Source of the DNA: Amoebidium appalachense
Taxonomy: Eukaryota > Protista > Ichthyosporea
Reading direction: 5' to 3'
NCBI GenBank assembly: GCA_963693365.1
Contig: CAVNZM010000008.1
Location: forward strand, 10,736,623 to 10,800,622
DNA: 64,000 bases
Made by a program: the position numbers and the translations under genes
In this document: positions 59,916 through 64,000 of the stretch, piece after piece
Layout of the letters: each line of letters begins with the position of its first letter
How positions within the stretch are numbered: the stretch's first letter is position 1
The notes under the pieces: model-generated
What the model was told of the DNA's origin: nothing
The model's database searches: none
Seen by the model: the letters and a program-made list of their open reading frames with translations, nothing else

Positions 59916-60742
59916 CAGCAGCAAAGAAATGCTGTACAGGCTCAAGCTTTCCTTATCTCATTAGACACCATCCCATGCCCCGCTTTTAAATTAACCGTGG
60001 CGTTTAAAACAGAGTCAACACACGTGTGCATAGCATGCACGTCGTGCTCACGTATAGACACATCGTGGGACACACAAATGCGCGCACGTGCGCAAATCAT
60101 ACACAAAAAATGTCACACACAATACACGCACAAAAAGAACACACACACGGACAGAGCACACAACGGCGCATATGATGCATCCGCATGCACAGATGGTCAT
60201 GCATGCTTCAAGTTGATATATTCTCGTGGAAATTACACACTCAGCGCTCAGCGCTAGCCCCCCCCCCTCTCCCCCCACACACACACCCGCCCACCCAAAA
60301 AAAAGAAAAGAAAAAGGAACCCCCCCCCCCCCCCCCCCCCCCGGCCCCCGGGAAAGAAAAAAGAAAAAAAAAGGGGGGGGCAAAAAAACACACCAGTAGG
60401 CCACTTCGACCACTTTCTGAATGTGCCGGTCATACGGCCACTACAACTAGTTAGCCAAACAAGATAATTATTATAACCAGTCCGTGTGGTGTTACACTTT
60501 TAACCAGGCAACCTGATTGGTGAACGGAAGAGGCACCAGGCACTCGTGCTATTCCTTTAATTAACTGCCCTGCTACACTAGCTGCAGGGCTCCCACCTAG
60601 GTGCCACATGGGACATGTGGCGTGTTGTGTAATGTGTGATATTTCATCACTACAAAATCAAAAATATTCACAAAAATCAAATTTTAAACGTAAGCTTCAT
60701 GGCTTCCGAATCGTCTAAAAAGGTGCACCCTCATGCATGATG

Positions 60743-60798
<56 letters not shown>

Positions 60799-61142
60799 CC
60801 TCCCCTTTTCCTGGGCCAAAAAAACAAAAAAACAAAAAAAAAAAACATTAATACCACCATTACAAACTACAAAGCATTCGAAACAAACAAACAAACAAAC
60901 ACAAAAAAAAAAACAAAAAAAAACGCAAGGATCATCAAAAACCATGCTAAAAAACTATAAAAAAGAAACCGTGTGGAACAGTTACTACAAAAACCCCTCG
61001 ATTAACACTAGGCAATGCGAGTGGGAAAGAGCACAGAAAGAGATTGATCATGCACACATCCGATTCCCTCCACCACCCCAACCCCTCTACTCTTAGATCA
61101 CGAGTCACCATATCTCGTGCTATTGCCACTCAAGCTGTTCAA

Positions 61143-62049
61143 TTAGTTTCGAACCACCCGCTTCGGGCCGGGAGACCGATCATCCCTTCGACCCGAGCCC
61201 GTTTGTGCCTGTTCTCCATGCGGCACCACCACATCAAAGTTAAACAGAGATATAGTCTTATCAAAACTACTGCTCACAATAGTACACGGGTCAAGATCTA
61301 TACATATGGTCCCTAGGCGCGGGCCACCGGAGGGTATGATAACGTGACACTCAAACGTTGGTGCCTCCCATACACGCATGCCGTCTCTCCCTCCACTTAC
61401 TATGCGTCGAAGCCAATTGTTGCTACCGTAGCCCGTGTGAAGCATTTGCACACTCCACACCTGATCATGAAGGGAAAAATGGTTTAGAGAAGAAACCAAA
61501 ATGACGGGTGATTGTTGCACACGTTGGGGGAAGGCATGAGGTAGATGTGCATGCTCCAGCCTACGTATAGTTGTCCGTTCAAACCGGAGGATTATTTTCG
61601 TTAGATTTATTGTGCGTTTTTACTCATTCGTACACGTGGTTGTGCCTTGTACATGCTGGCAGGCAGGCGGGCCGGGGTGGAGGGAGGGGAGGTGGATGGG
61701 TTGCTGGGGGGGTGCGTGGATGGGTGGATGGGGGGGCGTTCCAGGTGGTGGTGGTGGTTTTGGTGGTGGTGGTGGTAGGGGGGGGGGGGGGGGAAGGGAG
61801 GGCTATTATGAAGGGAGCGGGGGAGGGAGGGAGAGAGGGGCCCCAGGGGACAGGGTCCAAGGGGGAGAGGGGAACGGGGGAAGTGAGGGGGTATAAGCCA
61901 ACATACCTCCTGTTCGTGACCCCTCAGTATGTGTGAGCACAGGCCCGTGTGCCTGTCCCAGATGCGCACGGTGGCATCCTCCGACCCACTCACCACCTGC
62001 ACACGGTCAAACCGCACACACCGCACACCCTGCACACACAGAGGTTAGA

Positions 62050-62083
<34 letters not shown>

Positions 62084-62187
62084 CGTGGGTGCAGGGTTGG
62101 AAAAACAACAGCAATGTGTAATTTCCATTAGGAAAATCAATGTGAAATGGTAATATGTAAGCCGGCACATACCCAGATTTGGACTTC

Positions 62188-62219
<32 letters not shown>

Positions 62220-63697
62220 TTTCCTTGCCATACCCCCTCCCCGCCCCCCTTGATCCCCACCGCCAGAGCGGTTATGGCTCGGCTAGCCAGCCGGAATCCT
62301 CCTCAGCCGAGTCGCGCAGAAATCGTTCCGGAAGGCGGCTTGGCTGGAATCCCCCAACCCTTCTCCCAGGCGTGGTCTATCCCACAGTCTACCAATCATA
62401 AAGGACAAATTTTGTCTATATAAAGGCGCCTAAGATCAATTTTACAGGCGAAATTGAATCAGGATTATGACTATTAGTAATTGCTGCAGTTTTATGGGAA
62501 AAGATAAAAACCTCAAAAAACTAAATCGTAATTTTATATTTTAAACATAAATTTAATATAACATGATCGGTATTTTAAATTTTAACGTCCAGCCGGCTCC
62601 AGCCGGCTAGCCAGCTGCGATGGAGGGTTTAGCCAGCTGAGCCAGCCAGAATCCTGACTTAACAGCCCTGCCCACCGCTCCACCTAGTCCTCCGCACCAT
62701 CCCCTGCCCACGGCATTCTTCTTCAGACGCACAATCCAAGCCAAGCAAACACTCCACCCTCCACTCTCCCTCTACTCGCACATTGGAGCCGCCCACACAT
62801 GCCCCCCCCCCCCAACCCCTCCCCCCCCCCACCCCCCCCCCTGCCTTTCCCACCCGCACACCCCCAAACACCCACACATCTCATCTCCCCTCCCTCCCCA
62901 CCATTGGCGATCCAACTTCTCTCCCACAGCCACCCATCCACCTATCAACCCACCCCCCCACCCAATCCCCTCCCACCCTCACCCAGCCCCACAACCCCCC
63001 CTCTCCCTCTTTCCCTCTCTCTCCCCTCCCCCCCTCCGCACACACACACACCCACCTGTGTGTGTCCAGCCAGCACCAGCTTACACTCCCCACTCTCTCT
63101 GTTCCACAATCTTACAGTGCGGTCCAATGATGCCGTGGCCACCGTGTCCAAATCAAACTGCACACTGATGACGTAGTCTGTGTGCCCGACAAGTGTGCGC
63201 AGGCATTGCCGCTCATTCAGGTCCCACACACGGAGGGTGTGGTCGCAGCTCGAGCTGTGTGTGTGCGTGTGTGGGGGGGGGGGGGGGGAGGGGAGGGGGG
63301 AGGTCTGTGTGGGTGTGGGTCGGTGGGGGGGTGGGGGGGGTGCGGGTGGATGGGTGGGTGGTGAGTGGGTGAGGGGAGAGGCGGGGGCCAGGGGAGAGGG
63401 GGAGGGGGGGGGGGGGGGGTTTGTGTGTTATGCACAAAAGTAATGAAGCAAAATAGCAAACGTGCTTCCATACTACATTACACCTCTGCAAATGCAGTAA
63501 AGCATGGGCAAACACCAGGCATACATCCACACAGAATAACCACACGTGATTTATAGGAAATCTCTGACTGGAACTGATCTGATTGGGTAAGCCACCTGCC
63601 TTATTAGGGTTCTGCCGTCATGATACAGCCCAGTGACCTCAGCCGTGTGCCCTTCCAGCACGGCCACACACTGCCCAGTCTCCACATCCCACACACG
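61143..63697 (-). CDS. WD40-repeat protein, 3' exons (FBXW7/beta-TrCP-like propeller); the 5' part lies beyond the window
   Basis: Exons 63697-63600, 63254-63056, 62029-61907 and 61460-61143 contain RVWDVETGQCVAVLEGH, TLRVWDLNERQCLRTLVGHTDYVISVQFD..ATASLDRTVRLW, VSGSEDATVRIWD..LRGH and VSSSFDKTISLFNF. No F-box is seen in the window. Confidence 0.92.
62264..62657. mobile_element. Probable non-autonomous element in a WD40-gene intron
   Basis: Clustered (G)GCTAGCCAGC/AGCCGG motifs at both ends around an AT-rich core; inverted TCAGGATT(A/C)TG at 62459 and 62657. Termini and TSD are not resolved. Confidence 0.35.
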
Positions 63698-64000
63698 CTG
63701 CGCATACCCATAGGTGTCAGCGACACACAGCCAATGAAAAACAAGAAAATGACCAATAGCAAATAGGATATAGGCATGGACTGTACGTGGGGTTTGAAAA
63801 CCCATCCTTAGCTTCAACGGCGATAATTGGCTCTTGGAAAATGCAAAAAATCGACTGAAATAATGAAAATAGAGGTCGGCAAGCTACACGAATTAATGCT
63901 CATGCGGTATAGAATGGTCTTATAAAATGCAGTGCCTTGCACGTGCATGCATGTGTGTGCAGGTATAGGGCGCGTTCCATGCACATACGTCAAGCTGGTG

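Overview
Eukaryotic genomic DNA whose introns are full of poly-G/C, (GT)n and (GA)n tracts. The gene content suggests a unicellular opisthokont/holozoan, but this is inference only. Three intron-rich host genes are visible. (1) A ~34-kb minus-strand gene (ATG 37765 to ~3500) for a very large secreted mosaic protein: signal peptide, 3x WSC, about 9 PAN/apple modules alternating with EGF-like/Cys-rich linkers, lectin-like and Calx-beta-like segments, VWD-C8-like region, EGFs, SdrD-B-like domain and Thr-rich linkers. (2) A plus-strand PA-TM-RING-H2 E3 ligase (RNF13/RNF167 type, 50428 to ~58740). (3) The 3' exons of a minus-strand WD40 protein (61143 to beyond 63697). The most notable object lies in the 12.6-kb spacer between the two divergent genes: a 4.7-kb DNA transposon (39473-44181) with 25-bp imperfect TIRs and flanking AT dinucleotides. 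It has an ISL2EU/PHIS-like layout, with a decayed THAP-type transposase start on + and a convergent accessory gene on -. That accessory gene encodes an EXO1/XPG-family nuclease upstream of a SWIM finger, in place of the YqaJ/lambda-exonuclease known from ISL2EU. A tRNA-derived SINE with a 15-bp TSD splits the SWIM exon. Also present: several MITEs and hairpins, a dispersed intronic repeat with hammerhead-like motifs, and many short intronic tandem duplications. Exon models were built by eye and are approximate where stated.
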